From an uncultured Clostridia bacterium (lineage in GTDB: Bacteria; Bacillota; Clostridia; TANB77; CAG-508), in assembly GCA_947589645.1 (NCBI GenBank), contig CANQCG010000001.1:19179-83178 (forward strand): DNA of 64,000 nt. Direction: 5' to 3'. Under the pieces are notes generated by a model. It was not told where the DNA came from. It searched no databases and saw nothing but the letters and a program-made list of their open reading frames with translations. Positions within the stretch are counted from its first letter, which is position 1, and each line of letters opens with the position of its first letter. The translations under genes and the position numbers were made by a program. Positions 41,267-50,488 of the stretch are shown here, one piece after another.

Positions 41267-41641
41267 ATGAAAATAAAGTGTGGTACAGACATAATAGAAA
41301 TAGATAGAATAAAAGAAAGCATAGAAAACTTAGGGCAAAAATTTTTAAACAAAATATTTACAGATAAAGAAATACAATATTGTGAAAGTAAAAAAGAACA
41401 AAAATATCAACACTATGCTGCAAGATTTGCGGCAAAAGAGGCAGTATTTAAAGCAATATCTGAGAGCTTACCAGATAAATTTGCATTAGATTGGACAGAC
41501 TATGAAATATTAAATGATAAAGAGGGTAAGCCAATAGTTACATTAACAGGTTTTGATATGTCTAATATAGAAAATATAGATTTAAGTATTTCGCATTGCA
41601 AGCAATATGCAATGGCAACAGCAGTGGTTATTTACAAGTAA
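41267..41641 (+). CDS. acpS: holo-[acyl-carrier-protein] synthase (4'-phosphopantetheinyl transferase)
   Basis: GTDIIEIDRI plus AARFAAKEAVFKA plus SISHCKQYAMATAVV in a 124-aa protein. Confidence 0.85.
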   Translation: MKIKCGTDIIEIDRIKESIENLGQKFLNKIFTDKEIQYCESKKEQKYQHYAARFAAKEAVFKAISESLPDKFALDWTDYEILNDKEGKPIVTLTGFDMSNIENIDLSISHCKQYAMATAVVIYK

Positions 41642-41653
41642 AGGAGCAAGCTA

Positions 41654-42436
41654 ATGGAATTTTTTGATTCACATGCACACTATGATGACGAAAAATTTAA
41701 TAGTGATAGAGACGAGGTTATTTCTTCATTGAAAGATGAAGGAATAACCCGTTTAGTATCAGTAGGGTATAATATAGAATCTTCTAAATATGCCCAAAAG
41801 CTTTCAGATAAATATGGCTTTATATATAATTCTTGTGGTATTTCTCCAAATGATATTCCACAAAACAAGGAAGAATTGTGGAAAGACTTGCAAGAAATTT
41901 ATGAAATTGCAAAGCAAAAGCATAAAAAATTAGTAGCAATAGGAGAGATTGGTTTAGATTATTATGGGAATAAAGAAAATATGGACTTGCAAAAGGAGGC
42001 TTTTATAGAACAAATAAAGCTTGCAAACAACTTAAACCTACCAATAATAATACATACTAGAGAGGCAGTTTCAGACACATTAGATATTTTAAAAAATAAG
42101 CAAAAGGCTTTAAATACAGGTATATTCCATTGTTGCCCACTAAATAGAGAATTAGTTAAAGAAGCTCTAAAGCTAGGGTATTATATATCTTTTGCAGGGC
42201 CAGTAACTTTTAAAAATTCAAAAAATGCAGATGAAATTATACAAATGGTTCCATTAGATAAAATTTTAATAGAAACGGACAGCCCTTATTTGTCACCAGA
42301 GCCAAACAGAGGAAAAAGAAACGATTCACGAAATGTAAAATATATTGCACAAAAAGTAGCAGATGTAAAAAGCGTACCAATAGACGAAATAGCAAAAATT
42401 ACTTATGAAAATGCAAATAGAATATTTAAGTTATAA
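41654..42436 (+). CDS. tatD: TatD-family metal-dependent hydrolase/DNase
   Basis: FDSHAHYD, AIGEIGLDYY, IIHTREA and ETDSPYLSP motifs in a 260-aa protein. Confidence 0.85.
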   Translation: MEFFDSHAHYDDEKFNSDRDEVISSLKDEGITRLVSVGYNIESSKYAQKLSDKYGFIYNSCGISPNDIPQNKEELWKDLQEIYEIAKQKHKKLVAIGEIGLDYYGNKENMDLQKEAFIEQIKLANNLNLPIIIHTREAVSDTLDILKNKQKALNTGIFHCCPLNRELVKEALKLGYYISFAGPVTFKNSKNADEIIQMVPLDKILIETDSPYLSPEPNRGKRNDSRNVKYIAQKVADVKSVPIDEIAKITYENANRIFKL

Positions 42437-42499
42437 AAAATTTTAGAAATATTATCACAAAAACATGCAAAACAACAGATGTAGCAAGAGGTGAATAAA

Positions 42500-43051
42500 A
42501 TGTTTGATAACTGGGAAGAACTAGAAAAAAGTATAGAAAATTGTCAAAAATGTAAGTTATGCCAAACTAGAAACAATATTGTATTTGGCGTAGGAAAAAA
42601 AGATGCAGATATAATGTTTATTGGAGAAGGCCCTGGAGCTGACGAGGATGCAAAGGGAGAGCCTTTTGTAGGAAAAGCAGGGAAACTTATGGATATGGCT
42701 TTTACATTGCTTGGAATTAAGCGAGAAGAAGTATATATAGCCAATGTCGTAAAGTGTAGGCCTCCATTTAATAGAAACCCAGAACAAGACGAAGAACAAG
42801 CATGCCTTGATTATTTAAGAAACCAAGTACTATTAGTAAAGCCTAAAATAGTTGTTTTATTAGGTAGTGTGGCTTTAAAAAATATATTAGGTAGCGAATA
42901 TGGAATAACTTCAGCAAGGGGAAAATGGGTAGAAAAGAAGGGAATATATTATATGCCAACATGGCATCCGGCAGCTCTTTTAAGGGATGAAAATAAAAAG
43001 ATAGATTTTATTAAAGATTTAGAAATGGTATTAGAAAAAGCAAAGATTTAA
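42500..43051 (+). CDS. udg: uracil-DNA glycosylase, family 4
   Basis: CQKCKLCQTRNNIVFGVGKKDADIMFIGEGPGADED ... PFVGKAGKLM ... HPAALLR. ATG 42500 lies 6 nt after GAGGTG. The track start is a GTG. Confidence 0.8.
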   Translation: MFDNWEELEKSIENCQKCKLCQTRNNIVFGVGKKDADIMFIGEGPGADEDAKGEPFVGKAGKLMDMAFTLLGIKREEVYIANVVKCRPPFNRNPEQDEEQACLDYLRNQVLLVKPKIVVLLGSVALKNILGSEYGITSARGKWVEKKGIYYMPTWHPAALLRDENKKIDFIKDLEMVLEKAKI

Positions 43052-43126
43052 TCTTTGCTTTTATATTTTTTTACAATCTATAACCATAACTTGTTAATGG
43101 CAAACCCATTAACACAGCTATTTATA

Positions 43127-44221
43127 TTAATCTTTAGATTCTATATGAGTGCCATTTTTTAATATGATATTTTTTAATTTAGTTATTAATAAAATAAATT
43201 TATTAGTTTTGTTTGCAGAAACAGCAGTTTCGATTTCACCATTTTCTAACATATTAGATTTATGCTCTAACGCACACATTTTTTCTATGTAATAGTTATC
43301 AAAAAAGAAGTAACCTTCATGTTTACAAATTATATTTTTAAAACTTTCTAATTTTCTTCTATAGTTATCTAAATCTTCTAGGTGGGTAATTCTAGAAAAT
43401 GATTTATCAAAATAACTAGAAATTATCAAATCTTGAGCTTTCATAAATATAGAAGTTATTTTTTCTTTATAATTATTGATTTTGTGAGTTATGCTTTTAC
43501 AAGCTTTGTCAGAAATATTATCTTCTTCTAAAGAATTTGTAAGTTTAGAAATCTTTTCTTCGTATTTTAAGATAGAGTCAATAGATTCTTGAATTTCTAA
43601 AAAATCTTTTTCTGAAGTAGCTTGGATAAATGTATTTTTAAAATTATCATTGCTATTAAATGTGCTTTCATACAAAACATCATAGCTAGTAACAAAGGCC
43701 ATTTCCTCAACGAGCTGGCATTCCATAGGATAATATGATGGACTAGAAGATTTAAACTCTATTCCATAATATTTAACAAAATCAGGTGCTATACCAATAA
43801 TTTTAGATGTCATTAATTGAACAGCAGCCTCATTTATTCCCATACCAATTGGAGCTAATGCATTAAACTTACAAAGTCCCATACGAACCAATTTATTTTG
43901 CTTAGTTTTGATTGCTTGCAAGTGGTGGATACATTCATGTATAGCGAATTCTTCTAAGTCTTCAAATTCAATTTTTTCATTGAAGTATATTGAAGAATTT
44001 TTATAAAAATAATTAGCTTCTGCAATTCCATCTGGTATAGAAGCTTTATACATATCTATTCTGGCTAATTTTATAAATAAATCTGTTTCATCAAAATTTA
44101 ATTGTGGAAAAGTTGCAACTATTTTTTTGGCAATGTTTCTAGCAATATTATTAACTACTAATGTATCTAATTTTGAAACAACTGTGATTCCATCTTTTCT
44201 TAAATCTGATTCGATACTCAT
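43127..44221 (-). CDS. hypothetical protein with an HExxH motif (putative zinc-metallopeptidase-like)
   Basis: A 364-aa ORF with an AAGGAG RBS. It has HECIHHLQ but no signal peptide. Family not recognised. Confidence 0.45.
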   Translation of the reverse strand: MSIESDLRKDGITVVSKLDTLVVNNIARNIAKKIVATFPQLNFDETDLFIKLARIDMYKASIPDGIAEANYFYKNSSIYFNEKIEFEDLEEFAIHECIHHLQAIKTKQNKLVRMGLCKFNALAPIGMGINEAAVQLMTSKIIGIAPDFVKYYGIEFKSSSPSYYPMECQLVEEMAFVTSYDVLYESTFNSNDNFKNTFIQATSEKDFLEIQESIDSILKYEEKISKLTNSLEEDNISDKACKSITHKINNYKEKITSIFMKAQDLIISSYFDKSFSRITHLEDLDNYRRKLESFKNIICKHEGYFFFDNYYIEKMCALEHKSNMLENGEIETAVSANKTNKFILLITKLKNIILKNGTHIESKD

Positions 44222-44432
44222 TAATTTACTCCTTGTGACATAATATACTTTAATTATACAATATTTTTGGAATTAAAGTAAAGATTAAAAAGCAAAAATA
44301 TTTATTACATTTCTATTACAAAAAAGTATAAACATTTTATAAAAAACACTTGTATATAAATTTAAAAATATATTATACTAATAAATAGCAAAATTAGATT
44401 TTAAGCCAAATACTTTAGAAAGGAAAGAAAAA

Positions 44433-45695
44433 ATGAAAACACAAGAAATTAAGCAAGGAATAAAACTTCATACAATCAATACAAATAGATTTAAAACAAA
44501 TTTGGTAGCTGTATTTTTAAGTATACCAATAACAAGAGAAAATGTGACTTTTAATTCGGTAATATCTTCTGTATTAAGAAGAGGAAGCAAAAATATGCCG
44601 ACTCAAGAGCAGATAAGTAAAGAACTAGAAAGTATGTATGGAGCAAGTTTTGATTGCGGAATTGATAAAACAGGAGACAATCACATATTAAAATTTTATT
44701 TAGAATCAATTAATGATAGATTTCTTCCACAAGATAGTGAAAATATGTTAAAAAAGACTATCGAAAAATTACTTGAGATTGTATTTAACCCATTAGTAGA
44801 AAACGGTAGCTTTAAACAAGAGTATGTAGATCAAGAAAAAAATAATATACAAAGAAGAATAGAAGGAAAAATTGATAATAAGGCAAAATATGCAATAGAA
44901 AGATGTACCGAAGAAATGTATAAAGGTGAGGCATATGGTTTATATAAATATGGTTATATTGAAGACTTAGAAAAAATTGATGCGCAAAATTTATATAAAC
45001 ATTATCAAGACTTAATAGATACATGCAAAATAGACATATTTGTATCTGGAAAGATTGATGAGGAAATATCAAATTTACTTGAGCAAAATGAAAATGTCAA
45101 AAATTTAAAACCTAGAATACCAAATTTTGTGCAAACTGGTAACATAGAAAAACAAAAAGTAGAAGAAAAGCAAGTTTCTGAATCAATGGAAGTAACCCAA
45201 GGAAAACTTATAATTGGAATGGACATTAATGTTAAAGACGAAAATCAAAAATACAAGATTAGTGTATATAATACACTTTTGGGTGGATCTGCAAACTCAA
45301 AATTATTCCAAGAAGTTAGAGAAAAAGCAAGTTTAGCTTATAGTGCAAGTTCTAGTTTTATACGCCATAAAGGAAACATTATTATAAGTTGCGGTATAGA
45401 AATTAAAAATTACGAGAAGGCACTAGAGATAATAAGGAAACAATTAGAAGATATGAAACAGGGAAACTTTACTGATGAAGATTTAGAAAATGGTAAGAAA
45501 GGTATTATATCTGCAATAAAAGGAATTGAAGATGAACAAGACACAGAAATTACTTATTATTTTGGCCAAGAGCTCTCTCAAAATGAGGTAAGTGTAGAAG
45601 AATATATAGAAAAAATCTCACAAGTATCAAGAGAGGATGTAGTTAATATTGCAAATTCAGTAAATATAAATACAATTTATTTCTTAAAAGACTAA
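44433..45695 (+). CDS. M16-family (insulinase-like) peptidase, non-catalytic partner type
   Basis: The fold and length match the M16 family, but the HxxEH zinc motif is missing. It pairs with the next gene, as in YmfF/YmfH-type pairs. Confidence 0.65.
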   Translation: MKTQEIKQGIKLHTINTNRFKTNLVAVFLSIPITRENVTFNSVISSVLRRGSKNMPTQEQISKELESMYGASFDCGIDKTGDNHILKFYLESINDRFLPQDSENMLKKTIEKLLEIVFNPLVENGSFKQEYVDQEKNNIQRRIEGKIDNKAKYAIERCTEEMYKGEAYGLYKYGYIEDLEKIDAQNLYKHYQDLIDTCKIDIFVSGKIDEEISNLLEQNENVKNLKPRIPNFVQTGNIEKQKVEEKQVSESMEVTQGKLIIGMDINVKDENQKYKISVYNTLLGGSANSKLFQEVREKASLAYSASSSFIRHKGNIIISCGIEIKNYEKALEIIRKQLEDMKQGNFTDEDLENGKKGIISAIKGIEDEQDTEITYYFGQELSQNEVSVEEYIEKISQVSREDVVNIANSVNINTIYFLKD

Positions 45696-45749
45696 AATTT
45701 AAATAGCTCCAAAATTAAGAGAAATTTGCAAGAAAGGAAAGGTTTTAAG

Positions 45750-47018
45750 ATGCAATTAATAGAAAACTTAAAGATAGAAGAAAAAGTCTACAAGGAGAAA
45801 TTAGACAATGGAATGACTGTAATGATAATACCAAGAGAAAATACTCAAAAAAAGTACATTATATGGGGAACTCATTATGGCTCTAATGAAAGTAAATTTA
45901 TAGTTCCAGGAGAAGAAGCTGTTACAGAAGTTCCAAAAGGAGTAGCACATTTTTTAGAACATAAAATGTTTGAACAGGCTAATGGTACAAATAGTTTAGA
46001 TGTTTTAACAGCTTTAGGAGTAGAGGCAAATGCATATACTACAAATGACCATACAGCTTATTTATATGAATGTACAGATAAATTTTATGAGGCTTTAGAT
46101 GAATTTATGGACTATGTCCAACATCCATATTTTACTGACCAAAATGTTGAAAAAGAAAAGGGGATAATTGGTCAAGAAATTATGATGTATGATGATTATC
46201 CAGAATGGAAGGTATATTTAAACACACTAGAAGCAATGTATCATAAGCATCCGGTTAAGCTTGATATTACAGGAACTATTGAGACAATAAGCCATATAGA
46301 TAAAGATATTTTATATAAATGTTATAATACATTTTACAACCCATCTAATATGGCACTTGTGGTATGTGGAGATTTTAAACCAGAAGAAATTTTAGAGGAA
46401 ATCAAAAAAAGGTTAGTTCCTAAAAATTCAGCAGGAGAGATAAAAAGATTATATCCAGAAGAGCCTGCAAACGTAGTTAAAAACTATGTAGAACAAAAAA
46501 TGGAAGTAAGTATGCCTTTATTTACAATAGGAATAAAGGATGTACCTTCAGAAGAAAAGGTAAAAAAGCATATTGCTATAGAAATATTATTAAATATAAT
46601 TTTAGGTAGAAGTTCAAAATTATATAAAGACTTATATAACAAGGGAATAATTTTGTCACAACCAAGCTTAGAGTATGAATTTACTGAAGGATATGCACAT
46701 ATTTTAATTACTGGTCAAGCAACAGACCCAAATGTCGTATTTGAAGGCTTTAAATCTGAGATAGCAAGTTTAAAGCAAAATGGGCTAGATGAAGATGAAT
46801 GGAGTAGAATTAGAAAAATGATATATGGAGGCTATGTAAAAGAGTATAATGATGTTGCAGAAACAGCTAGAATGTTTTTGGCGGATTTCTTTAAAGGAAT
46901 TAATAGCTTTGATTATATTGATGAAATAGAGAGTGTAAAATCAGAATATGGTCTTCAAGTTTTAAAAGAGACTTTTAAAGAAGAAAATATGGTACTTTCT
47001 GTAGTGAAAAAAGCATAA
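45750..47018 (+). CDS. M16-family zinc peptidase (catalytic subunit, HxxEH)
   Basis: HFLEHKMFE provides the inverted zinc-binding motif. ATG 45750 lies 7 nt after AAAGGAAAGG. The track start is further upstream. Confidence 0.75.
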   Translation: MQLIENLKIEEKVYKEKLDNGMTVMIIPRENTQKKYIIWGTHYGSNESKFIVPGEEAVTEVPKGVAHFLEHKMFEQANGTNSLDVLTALGVEANAYTTNDHTAYLYECTDKFYEALDEFMDYVQHPYFTDQNVEKEKGIIGQEIMMYDDYPEWKVYLNTLEAMYHKHPVKLDITGTIETISHIDKDILYKCYNTFYNPSNMALVVCGDFKPEEILEEIKKRLVPKNSAGEIKRLYPEEPANVVKNYVEQKMEVSMPLFTIGIKDVPSEEKVKKHIAIEILLNIILGRSSKLYKDLYNKGIILSQPSLEYEFTEGYAHILITGQATDPNVVFEGFKSEIASLKQNGLDEDEWSRIRKMIYGGYVKEYNDVAETARMFLADFFKGINSFDYIDEIESVKSEYGLQVLKETFKEENMVLSVVKKA

Positions 47019-47022
47019 AATA

Positions 47023-47084
47023 AGTAAAATTGCGAAATTTAGATTTTTTAGTGATGTATTTGCTTATAAAATCTAAATTTCGTA
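47023..47084 (+). terminator. hairpin plus T-tract after the M16 peptidase gene
   Basis: CGAAATTTAGATTTT ... AAAATCTAAATTTCG has 15-bp arms and a 20-nt loop, followed by TATTTTATTTTT. Confidence 0.4.
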
Positions 47085-47314
47085 TTTTATTTTTAAAAAA
47101 AATTTAAATATATATAAAATGCTAGATGTAAGTAATTGTAGTATAATATCGAAACTTGAAGTTATTAAAATAAAAATGTCGCAATACTTAAAAATAAAGG
47201 TAAAAATGTCATACAAAAATCGCAAAAAATAATAAAATATTCTTGACGCAGTTGTAAAAATATGGTACTTTATAGACATACGAAAGATAAATGTGAAAAA
47301 AGGGGAGATGTGTT

Positions 47315-47488
47315 TTGTTAAATGATGAAATATGTAAATTAAGAGATAAATTAAATAATAGTATTGCATCTGGTGAAGACTATAGCGTCATATATAAAAT
47401 TAGTGTTGAACTAGATGAATTAATTGCAGAATATTATAGACGCAAAAAGGAGTGTTCCAAGCTCGGAAGAGTAAGTTTGTGTTATTAG
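47315..47488 (+). CDS. Spo0E-like sporulation regulatory protein (small, 57 aa). It is not in the supplied ORF track.
   Basis: Translation gives LLNDEICKLRDKLNNSIASGEDYSVIYKISVELDELIAEYYRRKKECSKLGRVSLCY. The Spo0E-family pattern (I..LR..L...........S..LD.LI..YY) is present. A TTG start follows AAAAAGGGGAGA by 6 nt, and a terminator follows the gene. Confidence 0.55.
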   Translation: MLNDEICKLRDKLNNSIASGEDYSVIYKISVELDELIAEYYRRKKECSKLGRVSLCY

Positions 47489-47496
47489 AATAAAAA

Positions 47497-47528
47497 ATAC
47501 AGATTGTGCTATGCAATCTGTATTTTTG
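47497..47528 (+). terminator. rho-independent terminator after the Spo0E-like ORF
   Basis: Stem ATACAGATTG / CAATCTGTAT with a TGCTATG loop, followed by TTTTTGG. Confidence 0.65.
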
Positions 47529-47606
47529 GCGTTTGGAGGCGTACTCCGGTTTGATGTTTTTATAAAGTTAGTAGTATCAATGCTTACAAGGCATAGAATG
47601 CAAAAA

Positions 47607-47631
47607 TTAATGTATTGTTAATGTAGTTTTT
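47607..47631. repeat. direct-repeat cluster TTAATGTATTG-TTAATGTAGTTTTT (left copy)
   Basis: Seen directly. It matches the cluster at 50226..50270. Confidence 0.6.
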
Positions 47632-47645
47632 AAAAGTAATTTTTA

Positions 47646-48803
47646 TCATTTTTCATTAACAAATATTTTATTAAAAATTGTTTTTACAAATTCATTATCA
47701 TTCATTTTATTTTCTAAATACTTGTTGAAATTATCTTCATTTATCTCATTACTTTTTATATCATTATAATTAGGATATAAGTTTTCAATTTGTTTTCTAT
47801 TTACTTTATATGAATTACTACTAAAATTAAAAGTAATATCCTGAACATTATCAATTAAAGAAAATATAGATACAGTATTATACAATAAACATTTTTCTAA
47901 ATATTGATTTTCATTTATATACCAGTCTGTAATATGATAATCAATAGTTAATCCTAAATTTTCTGAATCTATTTCAAACACATATCCATACTCTGAAAGA
48001 GGCAAACTATCTATTAAATGGCTATCATTACTATTATTTCCTACATATTGATTTTTAAATTTTATAATGTTGTCAATTCCTGATTTATCTCTGTCAAATG
48101 GAGTTACAGGAACAGTATCTTCTGTATATATTTTCTTTGTATCAACTATATAATATTCATTTTTTGTATTTCTATTTATTCTATAGACATTACAAAGTGG
48201 AGCTTTATAAATAATCATATTTTCTGTTGTTGTTGTTAAGTATGAAAATCTTGGTGCTACATTATTCAATTTTACATTTATATAGTCTATTCCTATTAAT
48301 AATGCTACCCCTAGTATGAAATATCCTAAATTTAAAAATAGTCTTTTTATATATGATTTTTTCTTGTTAAATTTAGAAAAACCTATTAAAGATATAATTA
48401 ATCCAACTATAGAATAAATTGAACCCCAACTGCTTTCTGAAGGAAATAAGACAAATGCAGTAAAAGTAAGTCCAAGTCCAAAAAACATTAAAATTTCTGC
48501 AATTACTTTATTTTTTTCATACACTTTTTTATTTGTATAATCTATTGTACTAATAATGTTTTCTTCCAATTTTTCTTGATAATGCTCTTTATCTACTTTT
48601 TCTCCACTAATTAAATCATTTAATGTAACACCTAATTCTTCACTTAATGGTTTTAGCAAAGAAATATCTGGCATATAATTTCCATTTTCCCATCTTGAAA
48701 TTGTTTTTGATGTTACTCCTAGTTTTTCTGCCAAGCCTTCTTGTGTTAATTTTTTTTCTTTTCTTTTTTCCGCTATAAATTTTCCAATTTTAATAATATC
48801 CAT
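47646..48803 (-). CDS. membrane-bound XRE-family HTH regulator (N-terminal HTH, 2 TM helices, C-terminal extracytoplasmic domain)
   Basis: LTQEGLAEKLGVTSKTISRWENGNYMPDISLLKPLSEELGV is an XRE helix-turn-helix. Two hydrophobic helices (ILMFFGLGLTFTAFVLF, IVGLIISLIGF) are followed by a ~230-aa domain. GGAGG RBS. Confidence 0.7.
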   Translation of the reverse strand: MDIIKIGKFIAEKRKEKKLTQEGLAEKLGVTSKTISRWENGNYMPDISLLKPLSEELGVTLNDLISGEKVDKEHYQEKLEENIISTIDYTNKKVYEKNKVIAEILMFFGLGLTFTAFVLFPSESSWGSIYSIVGLIISLIGFSKFNKKKSYIKRLFLNLGYFILGVALLIGIDYINVKLNNVAPRFSYLTTTTENMIIYKAPLCNVYRINRNTKNEYYIVDTKKIYTEDTVPVTPFDRDKSGIDNIIKFKNQYVGNNSNDSHLIDSLPLSEYGYVFEIDSENLGLTIDYHITDWYINENQYLEKCLLYNTVSIFSLIDNVQDITFNFSSNSYKVNRKQIENLYPNYNDIKSNEINEDNFNKYLENKMNDNEFVKTIFNKIFVNEK

Positions 48804-48990
48804 AATTTTTTACTCCTTCCATATTAAAAATAACAAAAAAAATAAAAAATTAACACCCCACAAATAGCGAATTGCTATTTTTTTACTAGACGCAAATAGT
48901 GAGTGCTGTTTAATAGTAATTTACAATAGTTTTAAACTATATAAATATTTAATATCTCGAAAAACAAAGTATCTATTTTATATAAAGGTA

Positions 48991-50017
48991 TTAAAAATTA
49001 ATTAGTTTATTTATATTTTCTATAAAATCTATTCCTTCTATCTTATTAATCCCAAAGCATTTTTTACCTAAGTCTTTGAGTGATGCTCCACAATGATAAA
49101 GCTCTTTATTATCTATAATAATAAATCTATCATGGAATTTATCTGTCTTTACTATTTTTAATGCTCCATATTGTTCATTAAATTTCTTAATATCTAGCTT
49201 TGTTATATTACAATTTTGTGAAGTTAAAATAATTGCTTGCACACCTCTGTTTTTCTTTTGTAGCATTTTAAGAATAGTATCATCTATATAATTATCTATT
49301 ATTACTATTTTACTTTGTGCTGTTTTTATAATATCAATTACTAGTTCATAGGCATCATATATTTGTCCCTTAAAAAATATTTTTTGCTTAAATTCTTGTT
49401 CTTTATTCTTTTGTAATTCATTAAATACTTGATTGAATTTATTATCATGTTCCAATAATCTATATTCAACATTTGTTAATCTTTCAAAAACTTGTCCATT
49501 TATGGAAATAAATTTTCTCATTTCAACAAATGCATTCATTATGTTTATACTCACTTGAACTGCGATGTCACTTCTTAATAGACCTGAAAGCATTGCTATA
49601 CCTTGCTCTGTAAAAACATATGGCAAATATTTACGGTGTCTGCCTCTACCCTCATTTGCGTTTAAGGTCACAAATTGTGACCTTAAAAAATTTATTTCAG
49701 TTTCTTCATTATTGCTGTTCTCTTTTTTCTCATGCAGTCGCAAATTGCGACCGCATATCTTCGTTTTCCAATAAGGTCGCAGTTTGCGACCTTAAACATA
49801 AAAATTCATATTCTGCTAATTGAAAGCAAAAATTTTGTGGAAATCTTTCAATATTTCTTTTTACTGTTTGATTTATTTTTTTCGTTTCATAATGATATAA
49901 CATTGCTACATCACTATCTAGCATAACTTGTTTTCCTCTAATGCAATAAATTAAATTCTTAATATCTATTGTTTCATATTTTACTAAATTTAAGTCATTA
50001 TTAGTGTGATTATTCAT
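48991..50017 (-). pseudogene. ORF6N-domain gene, disrupted: the N-terminal part (49730..50017) and the C-terminal part (48991..49743) lie in different frames
   Basis: The upstream frame has IRGKQVMLDSDVAMLYHYETKKINQTVKRNIERFPQNFCFQLAEYEF (ORF6N N-terminal half) and ends RSQFATA*. The downstream frame continues LRSQFVTLNANEGRGRHRKYLPYVFTEQGIAMLSGLLRS (ORF6N second half) and a C-terminal domain. Three palindromic copies of the LRSQFVT-coding motif sit at the junction. Confidence 0.55.
49662..49795. repeat. three copies of a palindromic element (TTAAGGTCACAAATTGTGACCTTAA; GTCGCAAATTGCGAC; TAAGGTCGCAGTTTGCGACCTTAA)
   Basis: Seen directly at 49662..49686, 49737..49751 and 49772..49795. Each encodes an (L)RSQ(F/T)(V/A)T peptide on the minus strand. 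Confidence 0.7.
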
Positions 50018-50225
50018 AAATAAATTATTCCTTTCCTGTGTAAACTTTGCCTATATTATAGAACAAAAGTTTGCATATGTCAATATATTTATACGAATAA
50101 ATTATATTAAATATTCCATAAAAAATATTAAAATTAAAACCAAGCATACGAACTGGAGGATTAATTTTTTATATAAAAAAACATTATTCCAAAAGTGCTT
50201 ATTTGTTAATATTTGTAAGAAATGC

Positions 50226-50270
50226 TAATGTAGTTTTTATGAAAAGTTAATGTAGTGTTAATGTAGTTTT
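50226..50270. repeat. direct-repeat cluster CTAATGTAGTTTTT ... TTAATGTAGTG-TTAATGTAGTTTT (right copies)
   Basis: Seen directly. It lies about 210-250 nt upstream of the ORF6N gene start. Confidence 0.6.
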
Positions 50271-50345
50271 GGAAAATTGAAGAAAACAAAAAGAAATCAT
50301 AAAAAAATTGAAATGCTTGATATAAAAAGCTTTCGACAGTTATGA

Positions 50346-50380
50346 AAATTCCACAGAATTTTTAAAAATCTGTGGAATTT
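50346..50380 (-). terminator. hairpin downstream of tRNA-Cys (AAATTCCACAGA / TCTGTGGAATTT)
   Basis: A 12-bp inverted repeat with an 11-nt loop lies immediately 3' of the tRNA pair on the minus strand. The T-tract is short. Confidence 0.4.
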
Positions 50381-50390
50381 GAAAATACTA

Positions 50391-50464
50391 TGGAGGCGAC
50401 ACCCGGATTCGGACCGGGGATCAGAGTTTTGCAGACTCGTGCCTTACCACTTGGCTATGTCGCC
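50391..50464 (-). tRNA. tRNA-Cys (anticodon GCA), CCA encoded
   Basis: The reverse complement GGCGACATAGCCAAGTGGTAAGGCACGAGTCTGCAAAACTCTGATCCCCGGTTCGAATCCGGGTGTCGCCTCCA folds as a cloverleaf. The acceptor stem is GGCGACA/TGTCGCC, the T-loop is TTCGAAT and the anticodon loop is CTGCAAA. Confidence 0.8.
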
Positions 50465-50488
50465 ATATTTTTGATATATAAAAAAATA

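Noticed and set aside
47073-47369. A 98-aa minus-strand ORF reported in the track
   Set aside because: It is Tyr/Phe/Ile low-complexity, spans an intergenic terminator region and overlaps the better-supported plus-strand Spo0E-like ORF.
49565-49926. Three small plus-strand ORFs (49565..49774, 49620..49823, 49732..49926) over the palindrome triplication
   Set aside because: They overlap the minus-strand ORF6N coding sequence and exist only because the palindromic repeats read similarly on both strands.
47607-50270. Considered whether the TTAATGTAGTTTT units form a CRISPR array
   Set aside because: There are only 2-3 copies per cluster and they are directly abutting, not separated by unique spacers. 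The unit is 11 nt. No cas genes are present.
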